DNA of 61,259 bases from an uncultured Bacteroidales bacterium (GCA_964594665.1 CAZQNY010000005.1:1-61259); one strand, 5' to 3'. Shown: positions 26,780 through 38,633, numbered from the stretch's first letter. Notes: generated by a model not told the origin, from the sequence alone. Made by a program: numbers and translations.

Positions 26780-28426
26780 TCAGTTTTTAAATATAAGCGA
26801 TGAAAAGCAAAATTGTTCACCATTGAAAAGTCCTTTATCACTGATTTTGAGTTGCGGAATGACGAGCAGAGCCATGAAGGAGGCAGTAATAAACGGGTTG
26901 TTGAGTTGTGATCCCATTTTTTTTGCCATTTGATTGTTTTTTGTAAACAATGATGCAACTTCATTCACAGGAAGATTTGCCATTAAACCGCCGAAGGGCA
27001 AAGGCAGGAAATATTCTACTTTGTTATCAAGGGCACTGCAAAGCCCTCCCTGATGTTTAATAATAGCATTAATTGCTGCGACAATGTCCTGATCATTAGT
27101 GCCAATAGCAATAATATTGTGGCTGTCGTGCGCAATTGAAGAGGCAATAGCTCCCTGTTTTAATCCAAAACCGGTAATGAATGCGACAGCAGGTTTTACA
27201 GGGCTGTATCTGTTGTGTACAACAATTTTAAGGATGTCGTTATCGGTGTCAGGTATGATTTTATTATCATGAATTTTCGCCGTTGCAATAATTTCTTTTG
27301 TAAGCAAACTGGCGTCTTCAGCGCCAATAACTCTGATTTTGTCACCCTGTTTACCTTCAACCTCAAGGTCGTTGAGTGTTATAGGTTTAGCATTAAAAGC
27401 ATTAACACTGATACTGCTGTTATTTTTGATTGCTTCTGTTTTTGAAGCAATAAGAGGAAATATTTTTTTTCCATTAACCCAGGTTTCAGTCGGCTCAAAA
27501 TCATTCAGGTTTTCAGTGATAATAAAATCAGCAGGGTCGCCTTCTTTAAGCATTCCCACCGGGATATTATAGTGTTGTATCGGATTAATGGTTGCTGCTC
27601 TGATAACGTCAAAGAGGTCGTAACCCATATTAATGGCTTTCTTGACCAGCAGGTTAATATGACCTTTTATCAGGTCATCAGGGTGGAGGTCGTCGCTGCA
27701 GAACATTATATTGTCAGGAAATTCTCTAAGTAATGGAATTAGTTCAAGGAAGTTTTTGGCGGCCGAACCTTCACGGATTTGAATTTTCATGCCTGCATCA
27801 ATTTTATCAATGGCATTTTGCAGGCAATAGGTTTCATGGTCTGTGGAGATTCCTGCGCCGGCATATTTCTCGGCGTCAATTCTTGCAAGGCCGGGAGCAT
27901 GGCCGTCGACAGGTTTGTTGTACTTTTTTGCAGCATTAATCTTTGCCATCACCGCAGGATCATTATTGAGAACCCCGGGGTAGTTCATCATTTCGCTGAG
28001 GAACCAGATATTGTCTTTTGCCAGCAGCGTGTCCACATCGTTTTCATCCAGTGTAGCCCCTGCCGATTCAAAAGGTGTTGCAGGAACGCATGACGGGGCA
28101 CCAAAAAAGATTTTTGCAGGACTGTGTTCTGCACTGGCTATCATCGCTTCAATACCGGCGATGCCTGCAACATTGGCAATCTCATGCGGGTCGGAAAGGG
28201 TTGCTACCGTTCCGTGTTGAACAATGGCTTTTCCGAATTCTTCCGGTGTCGCCATGGAGCTTTCAATATGCACATGTGAGTCAACAAAACCAGGCATGAT
28301 AAAGCGGTCATAGGTGCCGCCACTCTCTTTAATGGATTCAATATACCCGTTATTGACAGTAATTTCTGCACCGTAGATGGTACGACGATGAATATCAATT
28401 AAATTGCCTGTGATCTTTTTTTGCAT
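26780..28426 (-). CDS. ade: Adenine deaminase
   Basis: PGFVDSHVHIESS, DPHEIANV, EMMNYPGV, DGHAPG, IREGSAAKN, FCSDD and SIAHDSHN motifs. Confidence 0.95.
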   Translation of the reverse strand: MQKKITGNLIDIHRRTIYGAEITVNNGYIESIKESGGTYDRFIMPGFVDSHVHIESSMATPEEFGKAIVQHGTVATLSDPHEIANVAGIAGIEAMIASAEHSPAKIFFGAPSCVPATPFESAGATLDENDVDTLLAKDNIWFLSEMMNYPGVLNNDPAVMAKINAAKKYNKPVDGHAPGLARIDAEKYAGAGISTDHETYCLQNAIDKIDAGMKIQIREGSAAKNFLELIPLLREFPDNIMFCSDDLHPDDLIKGHINLLVKKAINMGYDLFDVIRAATINPIQHYNIPVGMLKEGDPADFIITENLNDFEPTETWVNGKKIFPLIASKTEAIKNNSSISVNAFNAKPITLNDLEVEGKQGDKIRVIGAEDASLLTKEIIATAKIHDNKIIPDTDNDILKIVVHNRYSPVKPAVAFITGFGLKQGAIASSIAHDSHNIIAIGTNDQDIVAAINAIIKHQGGLCSALDNKVEYFLPLPFGGLMANLPVNEVASLFTKNNQMAKKMGSQLNNPFITASFMALLVIPQLKISDKGLFNGEQFCFSSLIFKN

Positions 28427-28648
28427 ATATAGAAAGCCTTTTAAGTAGTTTTACAGCTTCTTTCCGGTTGAAGTCCATAATGACCCATACAAAGGTAATA
28501 AAAAATTTATATGTTTATATGTAATATATCTTTAAAATTAACAGTTTTATTTTAAACGATTTAATCTGTTGCATTTGGTTATTATAACTGTTGTTTTTTT
28601 TCTAAAAATTATTTTCTGATCTTTGACAACTTCTTTCAAAAAACAACT

Positions 28649-29470
28649 ATGGCATATACATCAGAAACAACCGTATGGATTACCGGTGCCAGTTCGGGAA
28701 TAGGTGAAGCTCTGGCTGTACGTTATTCTCAACTTGGTGCAAGTGTTATCTTATCGTCACGAAATAGAGAGAAGCTTGATATAGTTGCAGCAAAATGTAA
28801 GGAAGCTGCAGCCGGAAAATATGGAAAGCAGGCTCCCGTTCAGTACGTCGTTCCTGTGGATATGTCTTCAGAAACGGATATACTAAAAGCCTGGAAGCAG
28901 GTGCAATCATTTTCTGTAAATATTAGTATTCTGATAAATAATGCAGGCATAAGCCAGCGGTCACTGGCAAGGGCAACTGGTGTTGAGGTGGATCGTAAGG
29001 TAATGGATCTGAATTTCTTTGGCCCTGTGTTACTTACAAAGCTGGTACTTCCCCAAATGCAGGAATACGGGGGTGGGCAGATTGTGGCTGTCAGCAGTAT
29101 TGTTGGAAAATTTGGTTTCCCGCTGCGATCGGCGTATTCTGCCTCCAAACATGCAATAAAAGGTTTCTTTGAAAGCCTTGATGCAGAGGAACATAACAAT
29201 AATATCCATGTAACATTGGTCTATCCCGGATTTATCTCAACAAATATCTCCATCAATGCTGTTACCTCCAGCGGAGAAGCACATGGCAGAATGGATAATA
29301 ACCAGAAAGGTGGTATGCCTGCTGATATCTGTGCAAAGAAAATTGTAAAAGCTGTGGAAAAACGAAAACATGAAGTCCTTGTAGGCCGAAAAGAGCTTCT
29401 TCTGGTGCATATCCGTCGTTTTATACCGGCATTATATTATAAAATGGCCCGTAGGGTAAGCCCTGTATAA
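28649..29470 (+). CDS. Classical short-chain dehydrogenase/reductase (DHRS7-like)
   Basis: ITGASSGIG, LINNAGISQRS and YSASK motifs. Confidence 0.92.
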   Translation: MAYTSETTVWITGASSGIGEALAVRYSQLGASVILSSRNREKLDIVAAKCKEAAAGKYGKQAPVQYVVPVDMSSETDILKAWKQVQSFSVNISILINNAGISQRSLARATGVEVDRKVMDLNFFGPVLLTKLVLPQMQEYGGGQIVAVSSIVGKFGFPLRSAYSASKHAIKGFFESLDAEEHNNNIHVTLVYPGFISTNISINAVTSSGEAHGRMDNNQKGGMPADICAKKIVKAVEKRKHEVLVGRKELLLVHIRRFIPALYYKMARRVSPV

Positions 29471-29480
29471 AATTGTATTT

Positions 29481-30551
29481 ATGGCAGAAAATAACATTAT
29501 AATCAGTGGAATACAACAGATTGGCATTGGTATTCCCGTTTTGAAAGATGCCTTTGGATGGTATAATAAATTCCTGGGTTTTGATGCAAAGATTTTTGAC
29601 GACGAGGGCGTTGCTGAGCTCATGTTACCTTATACGGGAGGAAAACCGCAACAGCGACATGCAATACTCGCTGTTAACATGCGTGGCGGTGGTGGCCTGG
29701 AAATATGGCAGCCCAAAGGAAGGGAGCAACGGAAACCTGAAAATCAGATCCTTTTGGGTGACCTGGGACTTTACGTGGCCAAGTATAAAGCAGGTAATAT
29801 TCAGAAGGCTTTTGATGAACTTAAAGAAAAGAATGCAGATCTTTTGGGTGAGATTGTTTCCGGCCCTTCAGGAGTAAGGCATTTCTTTTTAAAAGATCCT
29901 TTTGGTAATATCGTGCAAATTGAGGAAGATGATTATCAGTTTGGAGACGCACATAAAAATATCGGTGGTGTCAATGGTCTTATCATTGGTGTTTCTGATA
30001 TGGCACGTTCCATTGAATTTTATCATAAGGCGCTGGGATACGATAGCATTGTAAGCGATACGGAAGCTGTATTTAATGATTTTGCTGCTTTGCCGGGCGG
30101 CGATCATAAAGTTCGCAGGGTGTTGCTAAAACGCTCTGAATCGCCTGTGGGTGCTTTCAGCCCTATATTTGGTACTTCTGTGATTGAGCTGGTACAGTCA
30201 ATTGATTATACCCCCGTAAAGATCTTCGAAAACCGCTGGTGGGGCGATAGCGGATATATCCATATTTGTTTCGATATTCAGGGTATGGAGGCTTTACGGA
30301 AACGTTGCGAAAACCTTGGGCATCCTTTTGTTTGTGATAGTAACGACAGCTTCGATATGGGGGAGGCAGCAGGCCATTTTACCTATGTTGAAGATCCCGA
30401 TGGTGCACTTATAGAGTTTGTGGAAACGCATAAAGTCCCGGTGATGAAAAAACTGGGATGGTATATTGACCTCCGTAAACGCGACCCGCGCAAACCTCTG
30501 CCCAAATGGATGCTAAAAGCTATCGGATTAAAACGTGAAAAAGTAAATTAG
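29481..30551 (+). CDS. Two-domain VOC/glyoxalase family protein
   Basis: GIQQIGIG, GLEIWQ, FFLKDPFGN, GYIHICF and YVEDPDGALIEFVE motifs. Confidence 0.8.
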   Translation: MAENNIIISGIQQIGIGIPVLKDAFGWYNKFLGFDAKIFDDEGVAELMLPYTGGKPQQRHAILAVNMRGGGGLEIWQPKGREQRKPENQILLGDLGLYVAKYKAGNIQKAFDELKEKNADLLGEIVSGPSGVRHFFLKDPFGNIVQIEEDDYQFGDAHKNIGGVNGLIIGVSDMARSIEFYHKALGYDSIVSDTEAVFNDFAALPGGDHKVRRVLLKRSESPVGAFSPIFGTSVIELVQSIDYTPVKIFENRWWGDSGYIHICFDIQGMEALRKRCENLGHPFVCDSNDSFDMGEAAGHFTYVEDPDGALIEFVETHKVPVMKKLGWYIDLRKRDPRKPLPKWMLKAIGLKREKVN

Positions 30552-30558
30552 ATTATAT

Positions 30559-30579
30559 GCCGGGGAAACCCGGCTTTTT
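30559..30579 (+). terminator. Intrinsic terminator after the VOC gene
   Basis: gccggg-GAAA-cccggc followed by T5. Confidence 0.85.
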
Positions 30580-30580
30580 G

Positions 30581-31111
30581 TTACCACTCTTCTTCCTCTT
30601 CAACAACAGGAGGTGCCATGGTCTCTTTTAAAGATTCGATAAGTTTACTTATTCTCTCATCGATTTGCTTCTGAACGATCGCATTATCAGCACGGTAATC
30701 AGGGCTCTCCTTATCAGTCCATTTTTCCAGAGGGAAACGGGATTGCTTCCTGACATAAAAATCATCAAAGGTATAGCGGTATCTGCCTTCCTTAAACTGT
30801 AATTTGAAGTGATAAAGGATCATCTCCCCTTGTGTTTCAACACCTTGCTCGTTGTTATACGTTAATTTAATGCGGTGTTTGCCTTCAACGATTCCTGAAT
30901 GTGGGTCTCTCACAGAGGTGACATCAGCAGCATTTTTATAGTTATTGTTAACCCATGTAACGGCACGGTTAAAGAATTCCTGTTGTGAGCCGTCAGCATT
31001 AACAACTTCCTGGTACAGAAACTTTCCTGTTTTTTCGTTAACAGGCATTTGAGCCATCGTATTGATTGCAACAGCAGCCATCAAAAAGTAAAGTGCTATA
31101 ATTTTTTTCAT
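30581..31111 (-). CDS. Exported DUF4468-like protein
   Basis: Signal peptide ending TMA/Q; YQEVV...SQQEFFNRAVTWV...KEGRYRYTF; start moved to 31111. Confidence 0.65.
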   Translation of the reverse strand: MKKIIALYFLMAAVAINTMAQMPVNEKTGKFLYQEVVNADGSQQEFFNRAVTWVNNNYKNAADVTSVRDPHSGIVEGKHRIKLTYNNEQGVETQGEMILYHFKLQFKEGRYRYTFDDFYVRKQSRFPLEKWTDKESPDYRADNAIVQKQIDERISKLIESLKETMAPPVVEEEEEW

Positions 31112-31147
31112 AAGGATCAATTTTGGCAAAAATAAAAAAAGAGGGAT

Positions 31148-31178
31148 AAAAAAAGGCGTTCCGGGAGACCGAAACGCC
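31148..31178 (-). terminator. Intrinsic terminator after groEL
   Basis: ggcgtttcgg/ccggaacgcc stem followed by T7 on the minus strand. Confidence 0.8.
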
Positions 31179-31200
31179 AAATATATTTTCAAAGGGAGAA

Positions 31201-32850
<1,650 letters not shown>

Positions 32851-32873
32851 TTACCTTTATAGAAATGACATGA

Positions 32874-33152
32874 TTAGATGATAGCAACGATATCAGATTC
32901 GCGCATGATAAGATAATCTTTCCCTTCCAAAGAGAGTTCTGTACCTGCATATTTGCCATAGAGCACAGTGTCGCCTACAGCAACAGTCATAGGTTCATCT
33001 TTTTTACCGGGGCCAACAGCAACGATTGTTCCTTTTTGGGGTTTTTCTTTCGCCGTGTCGGGGATAATAATACCACCAGCGGTTTTCTGTTCTGCAGCAG
33101 CAGGTTCCACAAGAACTCTGTCTGCTAATGGTTTGATGTTCAAATTTGCCAT
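32874..33152 (-). CDS. groES: Co-chaperonin GroES
   Basis: [23 protein letters not shown] and YGKYAGTE motifs. Confidence 0.99.
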   Translation of the reverse strand: MANLNIKPLADRVLVEPAAAEQKTAGGIIIPDTAKEKPQKGTIVAVGPGKKDEPMTVAVGDTVLYGKYAGTELSLEGKDYLIMRESDIVAII

Positions 33153-33203
33153 TTTAACTGGTTTTTATAATTGTTTTAAAAATTCAATTTGCGAGGTGCT
33201 GTC

Positions 33204-33220
33204 GTCACATTTTGTGCCAA
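33204..33220 (-). promoter_or_regulatory. Sigma-54-like -24/-12 element upstream of groES
   Basis: Minus strand TTGGCACAAAATGTGAC, i.e. GG-N10-GA against the consensus TGGCAC-N5-TTGC. Confidence 0.4.
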
Positions 33221-33230
33221 AGTGGATATC

Positions 33231-33271
33231 AAAAAAAAATGTCAGAATGAAGTGACATTCTGACATTTTTT
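33231..33271 (-). terminator. Perfect 16-bp inverted repeat, likely secG terminator
   Basis: aaaaaatgtcagaatg-N6-cattctgacatttttt (33234-33271) with a T9 run on the minus strand. Confidence 0.7.
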
Positions 33272-33291
33272 ATCTTTTAAGAAAGAAATCG

Positions 33292-33642
33292 TTATTCTTC
33301 TGTCGGTGGAGCCTGATAATCGTCAGCACTTACCGGAGCAGTAGTTTCTGCCGGGGTGGTGTTAAGTGTTTCACGAAGCTCAGTGTCGTTACTTGTTCCT
33401 TGTGTCGCTGTTCCTTTAGGGATAACGATTACAGAAACCAGGCTGAGGACAAAAATTGCGATTGCCAGCACCCAGGTAGCTTTTTCAAGAAAATCTGTAG
33501 TTCTGCGAACACCCATGATCTGGTTGCCTCCGGTAAAGTTTGCTGCCAGGCCGCCGCCTTTAGAGTTTTGTACTAATACCACAAGTATCATGAGTACTGC
33601 AGCAATAAGAATAAGTACCGAAATTAAAATATATGCTCCCAT
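33292..33642 (-). CDS. secG: Preprotein translocase subunit SecG
   Basis: VLVQNSKGGGLA...GVRRTTDFLEKATW motif. Confidence 0.95.
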   Translation of the reverse strand: MGAYILISVLILIAAVLMILVVLVQNSKGGGLAANFTGGNQIMGVRRTTDFLEKATWVLAIAIFVLSLVSVIVIPKGTATQGTSNDTELRETLNTTPAETTAPVSADDYQAPPTEE

Positions 33643-33652
33643 AGTTGTTCTT

Positions 33653-34366
33653 TTATTGGTTACTCTCGTTATTTATTTTTTCAATTTGGGCTGCAAAGTA
33701 AGCGCTTTTTTTCGGGATTTTCAAACTCAGCCGCTGATAAATTTCTATAGCTTTCTGAATATTACCTTGTTGAAGGTATATTTTTGCCAATGTTTCGCTT
33801 ATTAGGTCACTGTGGACCGTATTTGAGCTTTTCGCCATCGCTTCCGGGTTGAAAAATGGTGTTGCTGACTGACCCCGCTGAATGGAGGGCTGCTCGGCAA
33901 TAAATTTGTCAATGATGGCTTTTTTATCTGTTTTTTGCGACTGCTGTTCCTGATCATTACCTTTTTTTGGAATATCCTTGATGGGATCGTAGATATCTCC
34001 GGGAATAAAATCACTGTTGCGGATGATTAATTTGGAGACCTCACTGGCAAGAGATTCCTTTGATAGCGGTTCCTGCTTATGGCTGACACTTTTTATACTT
34101 TTTTGTATCGGAAGGCTATCATCTTCGGATTGCTGACCGGAAGCATTGTCGTTATTAACGATTTCACGAAGTTTTAACCGATCAGGGAGGTGAATGGCCA
34201 GGAAGGGCAATTCGTTTTCAAAGTTTTTGGAATGTGTATGATATAAATAATGTGCTTTAAGAAGGTATCCACCGGCAAAATAGGGATATTTATCCAGCAT
34301 TTGCCGGATATACTCCGGAGATGCTTCTCCGGGATTGCGGATTATGTCAAAAAAATCCTCGCTCAT
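33653..34366 (-). CDS. Conserved Bacteroidetes protein with a C-terminal TPR-like helix pair
   Basis: KYPYF N-terminal motif; SETLAKIYLQQGNIQKAIEIYQRLSLK.PKKSAYFA; usual position between lptE and secG. Confidence 0.75.
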   Translation of the reverse strand: MSEDFFDIIRNPGEASPEYIRQMLDKYPYFAGGYLLKAHYLYHTHSKNFENELPFLAIHLPDRLKLREIVNNDNASGQQSEDDSLPIQKSIKSVSHKQEPLSKESLASEVSKLIIRNSDFIPGDIYDPIKDIPKKGNDQEQQSQKTDKKAIIDKFIAEQPSIQRGQSATPFFNPEAMAKSSNTVHSDLISETLAKIYLQQGNIQKAIEIYQRLSLKIPKKSAYFAAQIEKINNESNQ

Positions 34367-34374
34367 GCACATTG

Positions 34375-34878
34375 TTACCAGTTAACTACCGCTTTGTTAA
34401 AAATATCGTCTACAAGATATTCTGTGATCGTCTCAATGAGACCGGATTCAACTTCAGATAAATCTTTACCCGAATCAAAATCTTCATAGGCAGTAAAGGT
34501 TTGGTCAAAACTCTGCTCCGGGTTTACATTGTTGGTGTACTTTACCTTTACACTTATTGAAAGCCTGTTCATGGCAGCAGTCTCACCAGCCTGAATGGCC
34601 TGTGGATCAATTTTATAATCTGATATATATCCTTCCATGTATAGGTCGGCAAAATCATTGGTGAGAGTAAGGCTTGTTTGCGATACAAAGCGATCTTTTA
34701 ATGCATCACTAAAAACCTGGCTCAGTTCCGACTGTACCAGTCGGGCTTTATTGTCAAAGTATTCTATATTAATGGTTTCGATGTTGGGGTCGAGAGAGGC
34801 ACCTGTAAAACTGTATATGCCACAGCTGTTAAAAGCAAGTGTGCTCAGGAGCAAAAGATATATCGTTTTTATTTTCAT
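34375..34878 (-). CDS. lptE: LPS assembly lipoprotein LptE family
   Basis: FNSCGIYSFTGAS lipoprotein start, RLSISVKVKY and DDIFNKAVVNW. Confidence 0.85.
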   Translation of the reverse strand: MKIKTIYLLLLSTLAFNSCGIYSFTGASLDPNIETINIEYFDNKARLVQSELSQVFSDALKDRFVSQTSLTLTNDFADLYMEGYISDYKIDPQAIQAGETAAMNRLSISVKVKYTNNVNPEQSFDQTFTAYEDFDSGKDLSEVESGLIETITEYLVDDIFNKAVVNW

Positions 34879-34908
34879 GATAATAAAACGGATCCCGGCC
34901 GCAAAAAA

Positions 34909-36150
34909 TTATTTTATATCGTATTCCTTTATTTTTCTGTAAAGTGTTCTTTCTGATATTCCCAGTTCCTCAGCAGCAGCCTTTCTTTTTCCGTGATGTT
35001 TTTCAAGCGCTTTTTTTATCAGATCAATTTCTTTTTTTTCCAACGAAAGGCTCTCTTCCAGTACCTCTGCACCATCAAACTCATCATCGTAGTGATTGTC
35101 TTCTTTCCGCGATGAAGAGATTTCAAAAGTATGGTGAGGCTCAAAAGAATCGCGTTCTTCGTAATCGTTTAAAAACTGTTTATGTATTTGCTGCAGATCC
35201 TCATTCTGATTTTGATTCCCTGACATTACGCTATTCAGGATTTTCTTTAATTCGGTGATATCGCGGCGCATTTCAAAAAGCACCTTATAAAGCAATTCTC
35301 TTTCCGAAAATTCGCTATTACCCGACCTTTCCTCATTACTGTAAAGTATTGGAAGGGAAGAAGATGCATTTCGAGGCAGGTAGATACGCATTGTTTCACC
35401 ATCAATATCACGATCCTGTTCAATAATGGATATTTGTTCCGTAACATTCTTGAGCTGACGGATATTTCCTTCCCATCGATAGTTTTCAAGTATTTTCCTG
35501 GCTTCTTCGGTGAGCTGTAAGTTTGGCATATGATACTTAGCTGCAAAGTCGGAGGAAAACTTCCGGAAGAGCATATAAATGTCCTCTTTCCTGTCTCGTA
35601 GTGGAGGGATAAATATGGGAACGGTATTGAGCCTGTAGTACAGATCCTGTCTGAATTTTCCTTTTCGTATGGCTTCAGGAATATCAACGTTTGTGGCAGC
35701 AACAACGCGCACGTCTGTTTTAATAACTTTCGATGATCCCACACGCATAAACTCGCCACTTTCAAGTACACGAAGCAGTCTTACTTGTGTTGATACAGGC
35801 AGTTCAGCAACTTCATCAAGAAAAATGGTACCATTATTGGCGACTTCAAAATATCCTTTTCGTGCTTCATGAGCGCCGGTAAAAGCACCCTTTTCATGAC
35901 CAAAGAGTTCGGAGTCGATGGTACCTTCGGGTATGGCACCACAGTTAACAGCGATGTAGCTGCCATGCTTCCTGGCACTCATGGTATGAATTATTTTTGG
36001 GAATGATTCCTTTCCCACACCGCTTTCGCCGGTGATAAGCACGGTAAGGTCTGTGGCAGCAACCTGACGTGCTGTGTCAATAGCACGATTCAGGCTCTCC
36101 GAATTGCCAATTATTCCGAAACGTTGTTTTATTGATTGAATGTCAATCAT
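34909..36150 (-). CDS. Sigma-54 enhancer-binding AAA+ protein with Fis HTH and no N-terminal regulatory domain
   Basis: Walker A GESGVGKE, intact GAFTGA, Walker B IFLDE, DLYYRL and C-terminal LGISERTLYRK. Confidence 0.93.
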   Translation of the reverse strand: MIDIQSIKQRFGIIGNSESLNRAIDTARQVAATDLTVLITGESGVGKESFPKIIHTMSARKHGSYIAVNCGAIPEGTIDSELFGHEKGAFTGAHEARKGYFEVANNGTIFLDEVAELPVSTQVRLLRVLESGEFMRVGSSKVIKTDVRVVAATNVDIPEAIRKGKFRQDLYYRLNTVPIFIPPLRDRKEDIYMLFRKFSSDFAAKYHMPNLQLTEEARKILENYRWEGNIRQLKNVTEQISIIEQDRDIDGETMRIYLPRNASSSLPILYSNEERSGNSEFSERELLYKVLFEMRRDITELKKILNSVMSGNQNQNEDLQQIHKQFLNDYEERDSFEPHHTFEISSSRKEDNHYDDEFDGAEVLEESLSLEKKEIDLIKKALEKHHGKRKAAAEELGISERTLYRKIKEYDIK

Positions 36151-36161
36151 TTGTGTGTGTT

Positions 36162-38633
36162 TTATCGAATAGCAGCCCCAATTTTATGTTCAAAGGCACC
36201 TACCAGTTTATTTATGGTTTTATCGATGAGTTTATCTGTTAGCGTCTTCTCAGGATCCTGAAGTGTAATGCTTATGGCATAAGATTTTTTCCCTGCCTCC
36301 AGTTTATCACCCTCATATACATCAAAAAGGTTTACCTCTTTAACCAGTGCCCCACCATTTTGTTTAACAACATTGAGAATATCCCTGAAAGATACGGTTT
36401 TATCTACTAAAAGGGCCAGGTCACGGCGAACTTCCGGGAATTTTGGTACTGTTGTCATCGACATATCTTTGGATGGAATGTGGTCAAGCAATAAATCCCA
36501 ATCAATTTCGGCATAATATACCGGCTTTTGGATGTCGAATTTTTTTCTGAATGAAGATGCAAGTAATCCTATAGATGCAAGCCGTTGTTTCTTGATTTTC
36601 AGATCAAGGCCTTCCGCAAACCAGGGGCTTTCTGATTCAACCTCTTTGAGGTTTCCGGTGTCAATTCCTGCTTTTGCCATAACATTAAGAAGACTTTGTT
36701 TGAGGTCGAAAAAGCTAACCTCACGTGCTTCCCGGTACCAGCTTTCCCCTGTCATGTTGCCGGTCATGAACAGTGCCAGATATGTTTTCTCGCTGTATCT
36801 TTTTCTTACATTTTCACCTTTTTCAGCGTTTACATCAAAGAAATAGGTCTTACCAAATTCATATAACTTTTGGTCGGTAGTTTTTCTGTTCTGATTATAA
36901 CTGATCACTTCCAGACCACCAAAAAGTAGAGTGCGCCGCAGTATGTTAAGCTCTTTACTTAAAGGGTTCAGCATCGTGACATGATTTTTTTCATCAATGG
37001 CATCAATGCCTTCGTAATACGATGATGCGGTCAGAGAGTTATTCATAATTTCATTAAACCCATTGGCCGACAGAGCATCTGCGATACGGTTTTTGACCTT
37101 TTGCCTGTCAGGTTTTTCAATGTAGGATAATGCTGAGCGAACTTCATGGCTGAGTTCTATGTTATTATAACCATAAATGCGCAGTACTTCTTCTACAATA
37201 TCAGCTTCCCGTGTAACTTCAACTTTTGCTGTGGGAACTTCCAGCTTCATGGTTTCATCATTTTCCTCAAGGATTCTGATATCCAATGACACAAGAATAT
37301 GTTTCACCAGGTCTTTACTGAAGCGTTTGCCAATAAGATTAAAAATTCTGTCAAAGTTAACTTCAATAGTGTTTCGTTTCAGCGGTGCAGGATAACAGTC
37401 ATTTATATCAGATGATATTTTCCCTCCGGCGATTTCTTTGATCAGCAGGGCAGCTCTTTTAAGTGCGTAAGTTGTCATTTCAATATCAGAACCTCTTTCA
37501 AATCGGAAGGAAGCATCTGTTTGAAGGGTGTGTCGTTTTGCTGTTTTCCTGATTGTAGGCGGGTCAAACCAGGCACTTTCAATGAATACCCTTTTTGTTG
37601 CCTCTGTAACGCCGGAATTAATGCCACCGAAAACACCCGCCATGCACATGGCATCTTCTGCATTACATATCATAAGGTCATTAACGGAGAGTTCTCTGTC
37701 AATTTCGTCCAGGGTAGTAAATTTTTCGTTTTCTTTTGCTTTTCTTACGATGATACGATTACCTTTAATTTTATCAGCATCAAAGAAATGTAAAGGCTGC
37801 CCTGTTTCCATCATTACAAAGTTACTGATATCCACCAGGTTGTTTATGGGCCGCAACCCTACAGCATTAAGATAATCTTTCATCCATTGTGGTGACTCTT
37901 CAACAGAGATGTCAGAAACGGTTATGCCAACATATCTTCTGCAGGCATTTTCATCTTCAATAAAAATATCAACAGGTAAATCATTATTGTCGGCAGCGAA
38001 GGTTGATATGTCAGGGATGAGAAGCGCAGCATCTTCTTGATTATTTTCAAAAGCATACCTGTCGAGAACGGCTTTTACATCGCGGGCAACGCCAATATGT
38101 GATGTAGCATCTGAGCGGTTGGGTGTAAGGCCTATTTCAAAGATATAATCTTCTTTAATGTCAAAGCATTGTTTTGCCGGTGTTCCTGCGTCGATGCCAT
38201 CATCAAGAACCATAATGCCATCGTGTGAGGTTCCCAGTCCCAGTTCATCTTCAGCACAGATCATTCCTTCAGAGGCGACTCCGCGGAGTTTGGATTTCTT
38301 AATGGCAAAGGATGTATCACCGGAATAGAGCACTGCACCAATGGTGGCAACAGGAACGGTTTGTCCGCTGGCGACATTAGGCGCACCACAAACAATTTGC
38401 ACGGGCTGATCAGCACCCACATCAACGGTTGTAACACTAAGTTTATCTGCATTAGGGTGTTTTTCGCATGAAAGTATTTTCCCGATCACAATACCTTCCA
38501 GTCCCCCTTTTACCGATTCTGTCTTTTCAAGTCCTTCTACTTCCAGTCCGCAGTCAGTAAGTAACTCTGACATCTTTTCAGGTTCCAGGTCGGTGTTGAT
38601 ATAATTCTTGAGCCAGTTATAAGAAATTTTCAT
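36162..38633 (-). CDS. pheT: Phenylalanine-tRNA ligase beta subunit
   Basis: MKISYNWL, HPNADKL, LTPNRSD, RFERG, EEVLRIYGY and FPEVRRDLAL motifs. Confidence 0.98.
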   Translation of the reverse strand: MKISYNWLKNYINTDLEPEKMSELLTDCGLEVEGLEKTESVKGGLEGIVIGKILSCEKHPNADKLSVTTVDVGADQPVQIVCGAPNVASGQTVPVATIGAVLYSGDTSFAIKKSKLRGVASEGMICAEDELGLGTSHDGIMVLDDGIDAGTPAKQCFDIKEDYIFEIGLTPNRSDATSHIGVARDVKAVLDRYAFENNQEDAALLIPDISTFAADNNDLPVDIFIEDENACRRYVGITVSDISVEESPQWMKDYLNAVGLRPINNLVDISNFVMMETGQPLHFFDADKIKGNRIIVRKAKENEKFTTLDEIDRELSVNDLMICNAEDAMCMAGVFGGINSGVTEATKRVFIESAWFDPPTIRKTAKRHTLQTDASFRFERGSDIEMTTYALKRAALLIKEIAGGKISSDINDCYPAPLKRNTIEVNFDRIFNLIGKRFSKDLVKHILVSLDIRILEENDETMKLEVPTAKVEVTREADIVEEVLRIYGYNNIELSHEVRSALSYIEKPDRQKVKNRIADALSANGFNEIMNNSLTASSYYEGIDAIDEKNHVTMLNPLSKELNILRRTLLFGGLEVISYNQNRKTTDQKLYEFGKTYFFDVNAEKGENVRKRYSEKTYLALFMTGNMTGESWYREAREVSFFDLKQSLLNVMAKAGIDTGNLKEVESESPWFAEGLDLKIKKQRLASIGLLASSFRKKFDIQKPVYYAEIDWDLLLDHIPSKDMSMTTVPKFPEVRRDLALLVDKTVSFRDILNVVKQNGGALVKEVNLFDVYEGDKLEAGKKSYAISITLQDPEKTLTDKLIDKTINKLVGAFEHKIGAAIR

